This document shows, piece by piece, positions 19,656 through 29,394 of a stretch of DNA of 64,000 nucleotides. Position 1 is the stretch's first letter. Every line of letters begins with the position of its first letter. The DNA comes from Gemmatimonadota bacterium (GTDB taxonomy: Bacteria; ARS69). Location of the stretch: the NCBI GenBank assembly GCA_030747075.1, contig JASLLL010000004.1, positions 70,891 to 134,890 on the forward strand. Direction: 5' to 3'. Made by a program: the position numbers and the translations under genes. Under the pieces are notes generated by a model. That model had not been told where the DNA came from and did no database searches. It saw only the letters and a program-made list of their open reading frames with translations.

Positions 19656-20747
19656 ATGGTGGTGAATATCGGGATAGTCGGGCTTCCTTCCTCAGGGAAG
19701 TCCACGCTCTTCAATGCGCTGACTCGCGGGGCGGCCGAGACGGGTCGATTCGGCTCGGGCCGGGCGGAGATCAATCAGGGGCGGGTGCTCGTTCCTGACG
19801 AGCGTCTCGGATGGTTGGCAGGAGTGTACTCTCCAAAGAAGCGGACCCCCGCGTCGGTGGACTTTCTGGATGCACCGGGTGTGCGGCCCGGCGACTCCGC
19901 ACGCGGTGCGGCGAGCCTGATCTCTGACCTCCGGACGGTGGAGGCGCTTCTTCAGGTCGTGCGCGTGTTTCCGGACGATTCGGTGCCGTCGCCATCCGGT
20001 TCCGTGGATGCGGTGCGGGATGCACAGGATCTGGACGCGGAGTTTCTGCTTGCCGATCTGGCGGTTGCGGAGAACCGGTTGAAGCGGCTGGAGTCGGATC
20101 GGAGCAAGGGCCTCTCGACGCCCGAACTGGCGGAGGAAGAAGCCGTACTCGGTCGAGTTCGTGACGGACTGGAAGAGGGCACCGCGATCCGATGCCTCGG
20201 GCTTGATCGTAGGGAGATGCTTCGGCTGAAGGGTTTCGCGTTTCTCTCCGCGAAGCCGCAGATTCTCGTCGGGAATGTGGGTGAGGAGGAACCGGGCGGA
20301 GGAAGTGCCGACGCGGGTCTTCGGCAACTTGCGTCGGAAACGGGGAGGGAGTATCTGGCGGTATCCGCGCAGATCGAGTCGGAGATTGCACGGATGGATG
20401 AGGAAGAGGCGGGCGCGTTTCTGGAAGATCTGGGTATTGCGGAGGCCAGTCGGGGTCGTGTGATCCGTACATGCTTCGACCTTCTCTCACTCATCTCGTT
20501 CTTCACATTCGGCGAGGACGAGTGCAAGGCATGGACGCTACCGAAAGGATCCAGCGCGGTGGAGGCGGCGGGGAAGATTCACTCGGACATTTCGCGGGGC
20601 TTCATCCGGGCGGAGATTGAGCCATTCGAGGAGTTCAAGGCTGCCGGAACATGGGCCGCCGCCAAGGATGCGGGGAAGTTTCGCCTGGAAGGCCGGGACT
20701 ATGTCATGCGCGACGGGGACTGCGTCGTGTTCCGGTTCAACGTCTGA
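19656..20747 (+). CDS. ychF: Redox-regulated ATPase YchF
   Basis: GIVGLP..GKSTLFNALT, LISFFT, AGKIHSDISRGFIRAE, EGRDYVMRDGD. Confidence 0.95.
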   Translation: MVVNIGIVGLPSSGKSTLFNALTRGAAETGRFGSGRAEINQGRVLVPDERLGWLAGVYSPKKRTPASVDFLDAPGVRPGDSARGAASLISDLRTVEALLQVVRVFPDDSVPSPSGSVDAVRDAQDLDAEFLLADLAVAENRLKRLESDRSKGLSTPELAEEEAVLGRVRDGLEEGTAIRCLGLDRREMLRLKGFAFLSAKPQILVGNVGEEEPGGGSADAGLRQLASETGREYLAVSAQIESEIARMDEEEAGAFLEDLGIAEASRGRVIRTCFDLLSLISFFTFGEDECKAWTLPKGSSAVEAAGKIHSDISRGFIRAEIEPFEEFKAAGTWAAAKDAGKFRLEGRDYVMRDGDCVVFRFNV

Positions 20748-22582
20748 TGGGCGGCTTCCTGCGAGCGTTTCGAGCCGGACTGATTGCCGCCATCACCGGG
20801 GCGGCGGGCTACGCGCTTCTGGAACTGGCCTTCTTCGCGCGACGAAACCACCTGCTTCCCTGGGATCCCGGACATGGAGTGCTGGGGATTGTGTTCTTCG
20901 CCATGCACCTGGGCGTGGCGGTCGCGGCTTGCGCGCTGGGGGCGGCCCTTGGAGCGCGCATTTCCAGAGATGGCGCAGGCGTGCTCTCGTCGGCACTTCC
21001 GGTCGCGGCACTTCTGGCCGTCCACTGGCTCACCTGGTATCGCGAGCGAATGAACGCGCTGCCGAGAGACTTCGCCGGAACGGCCGTGTCGCTGGGGATC
21101 GTGTTGCTGCTGCTGGTCGCAGCGGTCGCCGTGGCGCTTCTCTTCCGGAAGCGAGGATCGTCCGGGCGACGCATCGTGCGCGGAACGGCGGGCCTGATTG
21201 TTCTGGCGGGCGTGGTGCAGGTCGTGATGGCTCGCCCGGTGGCGGAAGCGGAGAGAAGCGTTCCGCGCCCGGAGACGGATCGCCTGAGAGCAGCGGACAC
21301 CGGACAGCGCGTCGTCGTCTTTGGGTTCGACGGGGCGACATGGGCCGTGCTGGATCCGTTGATGGAGGCGGGGAAACTTCCGAATCTTGCGGCGCTTGTG
21401 TCGCGCGGACGCACCTTTGACCTGCGGACGATTCGCCCGACCTTCTCGCCGGTGATCTGGACTTCGGTGGCCACGGGGAAGACGCGTTTCCATCACTCCA
21501 TTCACGATGTCGTACAGACCCGGCTTCCCGGAGGCACCCGGTTGCCGAGGTCGCTTCGGCGCACCGCCTTCTTGACGAAGACGACGGGCGTCTTCTTCCG
21601 CGCGCTGAATGGCCGCCGCCTGCTGAGGGTGGAGCCGTACCGGAGCGATCATCTCGATGCGACCTCCGTGTTTGAGGCGGCTTCCGAGGCGGGCGTTCGC
21701 ACGAATCTCGTGGAGTGGTATGTCACCTGGCCCGCGAGACCGCTGGAGGGCGTGACGGTGTCGGACCGGTTTCACCTACCGGTGTATGGCGGAGTTCCGC
21801 TGACGGGCCTGGTACTGCCCGAGGCGTTGGAAGCGCCGCTGGCGAAGTTCCGCCTCACGCCGGACGAGGTGCCGGTGGAGACGGTTCGCCGATTCTACGA
21901 CACCACCGGCCTCGACGAGGCGGGCATGAGCGCATGGGAAGAAGGACACCCGGAGTTCGTGACGGAACTCCGGCACAACATCGCGCGGGACTTGACCACG
22001 CGCGATGTGACGGTGGACCTCCTGGCTCGAGATGCAAAATGGCGACTGTTCGGGACCTACTTCCGCGCGGTCGATCTGACTCACCATCTGACATGGGGAC
22101 TCCGCACGAAGGAGGGGACCGTGGACGGGGATGCCGCGCTGCGCCTGCGCCCGGCCATCGATCGATACCATGAGTTCATGGACGAAGTGGTGGGTGATGT
22201 GCTGGCGGCCGTCCCCGAGGATGCGGTGGTTCTCATGCTCTCCGACCACGGGTATGAGTCGCGTTATGCGCACTCTCGCGCGCCGGACGGGTTCGCCATT
22301 CTGGCGGGGGGCGCGACGGAACCCTCTGCCGTGCGTGGCACGCTGGACATCTACGAGGTGGCCCCGACGGTGGCGGCGCTTGTGGGGCTTCCCGTTGCGG
22401 AGGATCTGGAAGCGCGGCCCCGGATGGATCTGCTGAGCCCGGACTTTGCCGCCGAGTATTCGGTGCGGAGCGTTTCGACCTGGGAGCGCGCGGGAGGGGC
22501 GGGCGGGGAAGTGTCGGCGGACACGCGCGGGGCCGCCGACGCGGAAGTGGAGCGCCTCCGCGCCCTCGGGTACATCCAGTAA
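20747..22582 (+). CDS. Membrane-anchored alkaline-phosphatase-superfamily (phosphodiesterase-type) protein
   Basis: N-terminal TM helices; FGFDGATW, PTFSPVIWTSVATG, SDHG, C-terminal ERLRALGYI; TGATG coupling to ychF. Confidence 0.8.
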   Translation: MGGFLRAFRAGLIAAITGAAGYALLELAFFARRNHLLPWDPGHGVLGIVFFAMHLGVAVAACALGAALGARISRDGAGVLSSALPVAALLAVHWLTWYRERMNALPRDFAGTAVSLGIVLLLLVAAVAVALLFRKRGSSGRRIVRGTAGLIVLAGVVQVVMARPVAEAERSVPRPETDRLRAADTGQRVVVFGFDGATWAVLDPLMEAGKLPNLAALVSRGRTFDLRTIRPTFSPVIWTSVATGKTRFHHSIHDVVQTRLPGGTRLPRSLRRTAFLTKTTGVFFRALNGRRLLRVEPYRSDHLDATSVFEAASEAGVRTNLVEWYVTWPARPLEGVTVSDRFHLPVYGGVPLTGLVLPEALEAPLAKFRLTPDEVPVETVRRFYDTTGLDEAGMSAWEEGHPEFVTELRHNIARDLTTRDVTVDLLARDAKWRLFGTYFRAVDLTHHLTWGLRTKEGTVDGDAALRLRPAIDRYHEFMDEVVGDVLAAVPEDAVVLMLSDHGYESRYAHSRAPDGFAILAGGATEPSAVRGTLDIYEVAPTVAALVGLPVAEDLEARPRMDLLSPDFAAEYSVRSVSTWERAGGAGGEVSADTRGAADAEVERLRALGYIQ

Positions 22583-22633
22583 GTTGTGGAGAGGCTGGCC
22601 TCTGCGACCGGCTCTCTCCACAACGCGACCGGG

Positions 22634-23755
22634 TCAGTCGGCCCAGTTCGCCACGAAGACATTCGTCTCTCCCATCACGCTGCCGTTGCGATTCGACGCG
22701 AACGCCAGTCGTTTCCCGTCCGGGCTGAACATCGGGAACGCATCGAAGGAAGGGCAGAATGTGACCCGTTCCAGGCCGGATCCGTCCAGATTGACGAGAT
22801 AGAGATCGAAGTTTCGCCCCTGCGGATCTCCCAGATTGGAGGAGAAGATGATGCGTTCTCCATCCGGCGTGAAGAAGGGGCAGAAGTTCGCGGCTCCGCT
22901 GTCGGTGACCCGCGTCTTGTCGGTTCCATCCGCATTCATCCAGTAGATGTCCAACTGGCCCGGGCGAATGAGTCCTTCGCGGAGGAGGCGCTGGTAGTCT
23001 TCGAGTGCTTCCCCTGTCGGACGGCTTGCGCGGTAGCAGATCTTCGATCCGTCGGGTGAGAAGAAGGGGCCGCCGTCGTAGCCGGGATCGTCGGTGAGTC
23101 TGAGGACCTCGGACCCGTCAGGGCGCATCCGGTAGATGTCGAGGTCGCCGTCGCGCGTGGAAGTGAAGAGTACCCACTCACCGTCCGGAGAGAGCGTGGC
23201 TTCCGCGTCGTAGACTCCCGAATCAGTGATGCGGACGAGATCCGACCCGTCGTCCCTGGCCGTGTAGATGTCGTACCCGGAGTAAATGGGCCAGACATAG
23301 CCGCGAGAGAAGTCCGGTGGAGGCGGGCACTCCTTCGAAGCCGCGTGCGTGGATGAGAAGATGATGCGATCCGTTCCCGGGATGAAATAGGAGCAGGTCG
23401 TCCGCCCGAGACCGGTGGAGACGAGCGCGTTCCCTGAACCGTCCGCGTTCATGACGAAGATCTGGTCGCAGCCCTCGTCCTGCGGCGTGGCCTGATAGAT
23501 GAGGCGCTTGCTGTCCGGAGCCCAGTAGGCCTCGGCGTTTTGACCTCCGAAGGTCAACTGAACGACACCCGTCAGGTGATCCTCCCCGTCGAAATGGAGA
23601 CCTTGTGGTTCCCCCGCAGCCTCGGCGTGATGGGCGTGTGCGTGGGGGTGTTCCGATCCCTCCCCCTCCCCGGCCGCGGCGGCGCCGGGCATGATAAGCA
23701 GACAGAGCAGCGCGAAGAATGCCGGGGTGGCCCGGCCGAAGGTCTTGCAGGACAT
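22634..23755 (-). CDS. Secreted TolB-like PD40/WD40 beta-propeller protein
   Basis: Signal peptide; NAEAYW, repeated FSPDG motifs; AGGAG RBS. Confidence 0.88.
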   Translation of the reverse strand: MSCKTFGRATPAFFALLCLLIMPGAAAAGEGEGSEHPHAHAHHAEAAGEPQGLHFDGEDHLTGVVQLTFGGQNAEAYWAPDSKRLIYQATPQDEGCDQIFVMNADGSGNALVSTGLGRTTCSYFIPGTDRIIFSSTHAASKECPPPPDFSRGYVWPIYSGYDIYTARDDGSDLVRITDSGVYDAEATLSPDGEWVLFTSTRDGDLDIYRMRPDGSEVLRLTDDPGYDGGPFFSPDGSKICYRASRPTGEALEDYQRLLREGLIRPGQLDIYWMNADGTDKTRVTDSGAANFCPFFTPDGERIIFSSNLGDPQGRNFDLYLVNLDGSGLERVTFCPSFDAFPMFSPDGKRLAFASNRNGSVMGETNVFVANWAD

Positions 23756-23897
23756 TTTGAACTCCTGGAAAGTCGGCCGGGGGCCGGGGGCCGGGGACGG
23801 TTGCCTGACGGACCCGGAAAGGTACACAATCCCCGAAGTTCCGAGTAGCACGGAGCGATTCCCCGTACGACTTCCACCCCGAACGACTGGAGAGGTG

Positions 23898-24257
23898 ATG
23901 ATCGACCCGGTTCTTCTCACGACAGTGGCTGAGATTGACTCCCTCCTTGCGGAATCCCGCGACAGGATCGCCCTTCTCTTCAAACACAGCGTGACCTGTC
24001 CCGTCTCGGACGCCGCCTTCGCGGAGTTTCATGCATTCCTGGAGAGCATCGACTCCGAGGGAGAAACGATGCTGTTCGCCGCAGTGATCGAGATCCAGAA
24101 CGCGCGCCCTGTCTCCGCGGCCGTGGCGGAGCGAACCGGTGTTCGCCATGAGTCGCCCCAGGCGATCGTGTTCCAGGACGAGGAGGCCATCTGGCACGCC
24201 AGCCACCAGGCGATCACCGCGGCATCGTTGCGGGACACGGTCGAGTCGGTGTGGTGA
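23898..24257 (+). CDS. ytxJ: Bacillithiol-system redox protein YtxJ family (thioredoxin fold)
   Basis: FKHSVTCPVS and GVRHESPQ signatures. Confidence 0.85.
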   Translation: MIDPVLLTTVAEIDSLLAESRDRIALLFKHSVTCPVSDAAFAEFHAFLESIDSEGETMLFAAVIEIQNARPVSAAVAERTGVRHESPQAIVFQDEEAIWHASHQAITAASLRDTVESVW

Positions 24258-24880
24258 CGCCGCCCCCCGTGGCTCTGGTGCTGGCGGGGGGGGCGTCGCG
24301 GCGACTGGGCAGGCCGAAGGCGCTTCTGGAGTTTGGCGATCGGTCAGCGATGAGGCTCGTGCTCGACTCGTTGGAGGCGGCCGGCGTGCGGTCGGGGGCG
24401 GTGGTCACGGGAAGTGACGCGGATGCCACCCTGGCCGTCGATCCCGCGCCCTTCGCCTTTGTCCGCAACCCGAACCCGGCGGCGGGTCGCATGGGGAGCA
24501 TCCTCGCCGGGATGGCCCTGGCACCGCCCGCCGCGGATGTGGTTCTCTGGCCGGTGGATCGTCCGCTGGCCTCTACCAACACGCTGGCCGCGCTTCTCGT
24601 CGCGCGCCCCCTGCCGGATGCGGAGGGGCACGCCGCCACACCCTGGGTGGTCATCCCGCGAGCCGACGGCGGCTGTGGACACCCCGTGATCCTGGGGGCT
24701 GCCTTCTGCGCGACCCTCCACGCTCAGCCGCCGGACGCCAGCCTGCGAACCGCGATGGCGGCGCCCGGAGTCCTTCGGGTGGAAGTGCCGGTAGCTGACC
24801 CCGGCATCCACCACAACCTCGACACGGACGACGCCTACACGCGCGCCCTCGCTTGGTGGGAAGCACGCACCACTCCCTGA
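24251..24880 (+). CDS. MocA-like nucleotidyltransferase (Mo-cofactor cytidylyltransferase family)
   Basis: LAGGASRRLGRPKALL, LWPVDRP, GHPVIL, NLDT. Confidence 0.8.
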   Translation: MVTPPPVALVLAGGASRRLGRPKALLEFGDRSAMRLVLDSLEAAGVRSGAVVTGSDADATLAVDPAPFAFVRNPNPAAGRMGSILAGMALAPPAADVVLWPVDRPLASTNTLAALLVARPLPDAEGHAATPWVVIPRADGGCGHPVILGAAFCATLHAQPPDASLRTAMAAPGVLRVEVPVADPGIHHNLDTDDAYTRALAWWEARTTP

Positions 24881-24896
24881 TCCGGAGGCGCCTCGG

Positions 24897-27407
24897 CTAC
24901 TCCAAGCCGCCTCCTCCAGTGACATAGACCTTGCCACGCTCGCGGAACCCCCCACGGGTCAGGCCTTCCTCCCGGATCTGATCCAGCAGTCCGAAGCGGT
25001 GCAGTCTCTTGTTCAGGGACCTCCGCGAAATCCCCAGCCTCCGCGCGGCCCGGTGCTGACTTCCTCCGTCCAGTCTGAGCGCTTGCAGGATCTCCTCCTT
25101 TTCGTAAGTGGTAAGCCGCGCAGGGAGATCCTCCGGGGACTGGGCCTGGTTCAAGTGCCCACTGAAGCGGGTGGATCCGGCGGCGTATTCGATCTCCTTT
25201 GTCCCGATCTCCGTCCGGCTGTCCGGGGTGAGGAGCGCCGCCGAGTGAATCAGGCTGAACAGCTCCCGGATGTTCCCCGGCCAGGAATAGGTCGAAAGCA
25301 GGTTTCTCCCCTCCACGGAGATCTCCCTCGGGGGAGAGCCCTCGGTGCTCCGGACCACGCGCAGGGCCAGCGCGAGAAGAAGATCGAAGTCCTCCCTCCG
25401 TTCCCTGAGTGCGGGCACCGCCACGCAGAGTCCACCGAGGCGGTAGGCGAGGTCCGGGAGGAACTCCCCATGCATCGCCAGTTCGTGGAGGTTCCGATTC
25501 GTCGCGAAGACGAAGCGCGCGTTCGCGGGGAATGAACGGTGTCCTCCCACGGGCCGGACCTCGTGCCGGTCCAGCACATGCAGGAGGTTCGCCTGCATGG
25601 AGGAGGATGCCTTGTCGATTTCGTCGAGGAAGACCGTGCCGCTTCTGGCCGCCCGAATGAGTCCGGGCTTCTCCGCTTCCGCTCCGGTGAAGGCTCCGCG
25701 CACATGGCCGAACAGTTCCGACTCCTGGAGCGTCTCCGGCAGAGATGCGCAGTTCACCACCAGAAACGGTTCCTCCGGCGAACTGCCGGACCGGTGGAGA
25801 ATCTCCGCGAAGGAGGTCTTCCCCGCGCCGCTTTCACCCAGAATGAGCACCGGCCTGGAGCTCTTCGCATAGTGACACGCCCGGTCCAGAGCGGACCGGA
25901 AGCGACGGGAACGCCACGGGATGGCCAGCGCCGTCCGGGCCATCGGAGTGGTCCGGTCCACCGGTTCTTCTTTGAGGTCGTGGAGTTCCAGAATGTCCTC
26001 TGTCACCCTTTCGTGAAGCGTCAGCGATGCCGGGTCTTCCTCTTCGGCGGACCGGGTCGCCGCCTCAAGGAGCGCGGCTCCCAGCGGGCTGTTGAGCTCT
26101 CCCAGCACCTCTCCGGCGGATGCCAGGCAGCGCCGGGCACGATCGGGCCGGTTCTCTTCTCCCAGCGCCCGGGCGATCTCCAGGAGTGTCCGTCCCACCT
26201 CAAACGGAACATGAATGCTCCTCAGACGACGCAGTGCCGCACGCAACCGGTCGTGTCCCGCTCGGCGGCGCCCCCTCGCACACAGGACGATTCCGTACGC
26301 GCGGATTGTGAGCGCTTCCTCTTTGGTGTCCCCGTTGCTTCCGCAGATGTCCAGTCCCTTGCGGACCCAACGCTCCGCGTCGGCGGGCTCTCCAAGCCGG
26401 AGTCGGTTCAGCCCGATTCTCCACGCCAGCTCTCCAGCGACTTCCCCGCCGGGGGAGGTCTCCCGCACAGACTCCCACGCCTGCCGATAGTGGTCCGCAG
26501 CGCCCGGGTAGTCCTTCCGATGCGAGAGCAGGTCTCCCAGGTCTTCATGCGCGAGGGCTGTGGCGTGCGGGTCGGTTTCCGGATCCGGGTCCGAGAGTAC
26601 GGATCTCCAGAGGGCCTCCGCCTCGGAGGCTCTTCCGAGCTGGAACAGGATCCGTGCACGGGAAATGCGGCAGAAGAGAACGCCGCGCCACGCCGACTCC
26701 TCTGCCAGTGCCACGGCGCGCCCGCTGTACTCCTGCGCGGCGGAGAGGTCTCCGGTCAGACGCGCCACCACCGAAATGTCGAGCGCGATCCGGGCCACCA
26801 TGGACGGTGCCCCCAACTCCGCGAAGCCCTCATAAGCCTCCAGGCGAAGTGCGAGCGCTTCCGCGTAGTGCGCGCGGATACGGTGGATGCGTGCGAGTCC
26901 CAGCTTGGCCAGCGCGATATTCCGCGCTTCGCCGAGTCGTTCCGCAGCCCCGAGCGACTCGTACATGGCTTGAATGGCCGGCCGGGTCCGCCCCTGCGAC
27001 TGAAGCGCATGCCCCAGCCAGCGGGCCGTCTCCGGAATCCACCGGTCGGTTCCCAGGGCGCGGAGTCTTGCGAGGCTTTCGGTGCAAGCCCGGACGCACT
27101 CTTCGGGATCTCCGCCGTGGCTTGCATCCCAGCCCGTCATGGCGTCCAGGGCGACACCCGCCACTCCGTCGCGGTCGATCCTCCGGACGAGGTCATCGCT
27201 CGTCTCCCGGAATCCTGCGCGGTCCGCAAGAATGGCATGGCACAGCGCCAGTTGGAGCAGTGCGTCGTGTCGAGCGTCTTCCGTGATGTCGTGGTCTGTA
27301 AGGAGTTCCTTCAGGGCTTCTGCCGCGATGGCGAACTCGCCCCGGACAAGCGTTTCTTGAATCCGGTCCCGCAGGATCCCGGACTCCGTGATGCCGGCTA
27401 TAACCAT
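24897..27407 (-). CDS. sigma54-dependent enhancer-binding protein with N-terminal TPR array and C-terminal Fis HTH
   Basis: GESGAGKT, ESELFGHVRGAFTGA, VFLDEI, WPGNIREL, AARRLGISRRSL; about 450-aa helical-repeat N-terminus; GGAG RBS before ATG 27407. Confidence 0.92.
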   Translation of the reverse strand: MVIAGITESGILRDRIQETLVRGEFAIAAEALKELLTDHDITEDARHDALLQLALCHAILADRAGFRETSDDLVRRIDRDGVAGVALDAMTGWDASHGGDPEECVRACTESLARLRALGTDRWIPETARWLGHALQSQGRTRPAIQAMYESLGAAERLGEARNIALAKLGLARIHRIRAHYAEALALRLEAYEGFAELGAPSMVARIALDISVVARLTGDLSAAQEYSGRAVALAEESAWRGVLFCRISRARILFQLGRASEAEALWRSVLSDPDPETDPHATALAHEDLGDLLSHRKDYPGAADHYRQAWESVRETSPGGEVAGELAWRIGLNRLRLGEPADAERWVRKGLDICGSNGDTKEEALTIRAYGIVLCARGRRRAGHDRLRAALRRLRSIHVPFEVGRTLLEIARALGEENRPDRARRCLASAGEVLGELNSPLGAALLEAATRSAEEEDPASLTLHERVTEDILELHDLKEEPVDRTTPMARTALAIPWRSRRFRSALDRACHYAKSSRPVLILGESGAGKTSFAEILHRSGSSPEEPFLVVNCASLPETLQESELFGHVRGAFTGAEAEKPGLIRAARSGTVFLDEIDKASSSMQANLLHVLDRHEVRPVGGHRSFPANARFVFATNRNLHELAMHGEFLPDLAYRLGGLCVAVPALRERREDFDLLLALALRVVRSTEGSPPREISVEGRNLLSTYSWPGNIRELFSLIHSAALLTPDSRTEIGTKEIEYAAGSTRFSGHLNQAQSPEDLPARLTTYEKEEILQALRLDGGSQHRAARRLGISRRSLNKRLHRFGLLDQIREEGLTRGGFRERGKVYVTGGGGLE

Positions 27408-27438
27408 GAGTACGGCTCCGGTTCGAAGGGTGGAGGGA

Positions 27439-27744
27439 TCACGATCTCGGGAGTCGGACAAGGATCTGGCAGGCGATACGGACCCAGCGGTCCTTCGCCG
27501 TGGCGCGCGGTGCGGGTGTCTGATTCACCCTCGGGCGCGCGGAGCGGTCAGTTCCGTCCGTGGCGGGAATGGCCGCCCGGTCGAGGAACGCCCCGGCAGG
27601 GGCTTCCGGCTCTCCGTCTGTGAGGATCTCCCGGATGTTCAGCGAGGGGATCAACTCTGCGCGAGCACTCCCCACCGGAACCAGAAGGAGCGCGGCCCAC
27701 AGACCGGCGAGCGTTCCGATCTTCGAGTATTTGTGCATATTCAT
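27439..27744 (-). CDS. Small secreted protein / putative signalling pre-peptide (101 aa)
   Basis: Sec-type signal peptide (KYSK-hydrophobic core-ARA|E); AAAGG RBS; stop 31 nt before the regulator start; lies downstream of a sigma54 promoter. Confidence 0.65.
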   Translation of the reverse strand: MNMHKYSKIGTLAGLWAALLLVPVGSARAELIPSLNIREILTDGEPEAPAGAFLDRAAIPATDGTDRSARPRVNQTPAPRATAKDRWVRIACQILVRLPRS

Positions 27745-27843
27745 CGCCGCCTTTCAGGACCGGGCGATGCCCGGATGGCTCGTGTACCCGGATCTCTCCG
27801 GGCAGAGGCGGACGCTCGGGTCCGCCGGACGGTCCCGGACTCC

Positions 27844-27858
27844 GCGAGGATCGTGCCA
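27844..27858 (-). promoter_or_regulatory. sigma54 (-24/-12) promoter TGGCACGATCCTCGC
   Basis: Matches TGGCACG-N4-TTGC with exact GG-N10-GC spacing and one mismatch; about 100 nt upstream of the small secreted ORF. Confidence 0.75.
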
Positions 27859-28122
27859 GTTTCGTTCCCGAACCGGGGGTCCCCTGATGCCACGAAGGGC
27901 GATTCCTCGACGGTCCCTCTCGGGAACCGGAACGCAAGGGCCAGAGAACCGGCCCTTGGTGGCCATATTACTGAAAGTGACAAGCCAAAACTGACATTTT
28001 TACCCGACGCTTTGCAAAAATACCCTGGTGTTGCCCGGCATCTCCTATCCCTCGCGGGGGGCTCCGGCCCTGCGCGGAGATTGCATCGGGCGAAATCCCG
28101 CTGGATGGGCTATTCTGCCCCC

Positions 28123-29241
28123 ATGATGCCTACTTCACCGAATTCAGCCTCTGTCTTCCCGACTCCGGCGGGGCCGGTTCTCGCCGTCTGCGGGTGGAGC
28201 GGATCCGGGAAGACGACGCTTCTGGACCGCGTGATTCCGGAGATCACTGCTCGCGGGCTGTCCGTGGCGGCGCTCAAGCACGATGCCCACGGCCTGAAGG
28301 TGGATCCGCGGGGGAAGGACTCGGATCGCCTCTTCCGGGCGGGTGCCGATGTTGTCCTCCATGCGCCGGGCCAGTCGCTCATCCGTCGGCATGCTCCCGC
28401 CGGGGGAGAGCTGCCCTCGGTGGTGGCCGCGCTTCTCGGCGAGTACGACCTCGTCCTTGTGGAGGGGCACAAGGGAACTCCGCTGCCCAAGGTCTGGCTT
28501 CGGAATGAAGCCGGGGACGATCCTCCTCCGGAAGTCACGGAGATCCTCCACGATCTCCCATGGGACTCCGACCGGCCTTCCGCGTTCTTGCATCTGCTGG
28601 ATTCGTGGCTTCCGACCGCCTGGCGGAGACCTCCCGTCCATGCCGGCGTGCTCATCGGTGGCGGCAGCCGAAGGATGGGGCGTCCCAAGCACCTCCTGCG
28701 CGTCGATGGGCGGACCTTCGTCGAACACGCGGTCGAGACGCTGTCTCCGCTGGTGGACGGGGTGGTCCTGCTCGGCAGCGGGGATCTCCCCGCTTCCTGC
28801 CGGGAATTGCCGTGTCTTCCGGACCCTCCCGGTCTCGGCGGACCGCTGTCAGGGATACTGGGCGCGCTCCGGTGGGCTCCGGCGGCCACCTGGATGGTCG
28901 TCGCCTGCGACCTCCCGAGGATCGGTCCGGAAGCCATCTCCTGGCTGCTGGACCAGCGTGCTCCCGGGGTCCATGCCGTGCTTCCCCGGCGGGATGCGGC
29001 GGGCGTCGAGCCGCTGCTTGCGCTGTATGACGCGCGGGTCCGGGTTCTGCTGGAGCGGCTGGCCGCCGCGCGCTGTCTGGCACCCTCCGCGCTGGCCCCC
29101 CACGCCCGGGTACAGACGCCCATTCCCCCGAAGGCCATTCTGGGATCGTGGCAGAATGTCAACACGCCGGAGGATCTGGCCCGCATATCCAGGCCGCACG
29201 AGGCGGATTCGGGCGAAATCAGCGATTCCGGGGCCGTTTAG
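28123..29241 (+). CDS. mobBA: MobB-MobA fusion (molybdopterin-guanine dinucleotide biosynthesis)
   Basis: N-terminal GWSGSGKTT, KHDAH, GKDS, LVEGHK (MobB); C-terminal GGGSRRMGRPK, GPLSGI, VACDLP, EPLLALY, NVNTPED (MobA). Confidence 0.85.
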   Translation: MMPTSPNSASVFPTPAGPVLAVCGWSGSGKTTLLDRVIPEITARGLSVAALKHDAHGLKVDPRGKDSDRLFRAGADVVLHAPGQSLIRRHAPAGGELPSVVAALLGEYDLVLVEGHKGTPLPKVWLRNEAGDDPPPEVTEILHDLPWDSDRPSAFLHLLDSWLPTAWRRPPVHAGVLIGGGSRRMGRPKHLLRVDGRTFVEHAVETLSPLVDGVVLLGSGDLPASCRELPCLPDPPGLGGPLSGILGALRWAPAATWMVVACDLPRIGPEAISWLLDQRAPGVHAVLPRRDAAGVEPLLALYDARVRVLLERLAAARCLAPSALAPHARVQTPIPPKAILGSWQNVNTPEDLARISRPHEADSGEISDSGAV

Positions 29242-29394
29242 CGGGGGATATCCCGCCTCTCCGAACAAAACACGAGTATTCGTCCCGTAAAGTTTGTAAA
29301 CTTCCGTCACGCGCCGCAACAACGATGTTCTCCCCCCAGACCCGGGGCGGTGCGAATCAGCGGATCTTCGACCCTCGCGAAAGGGGATCGCGTC

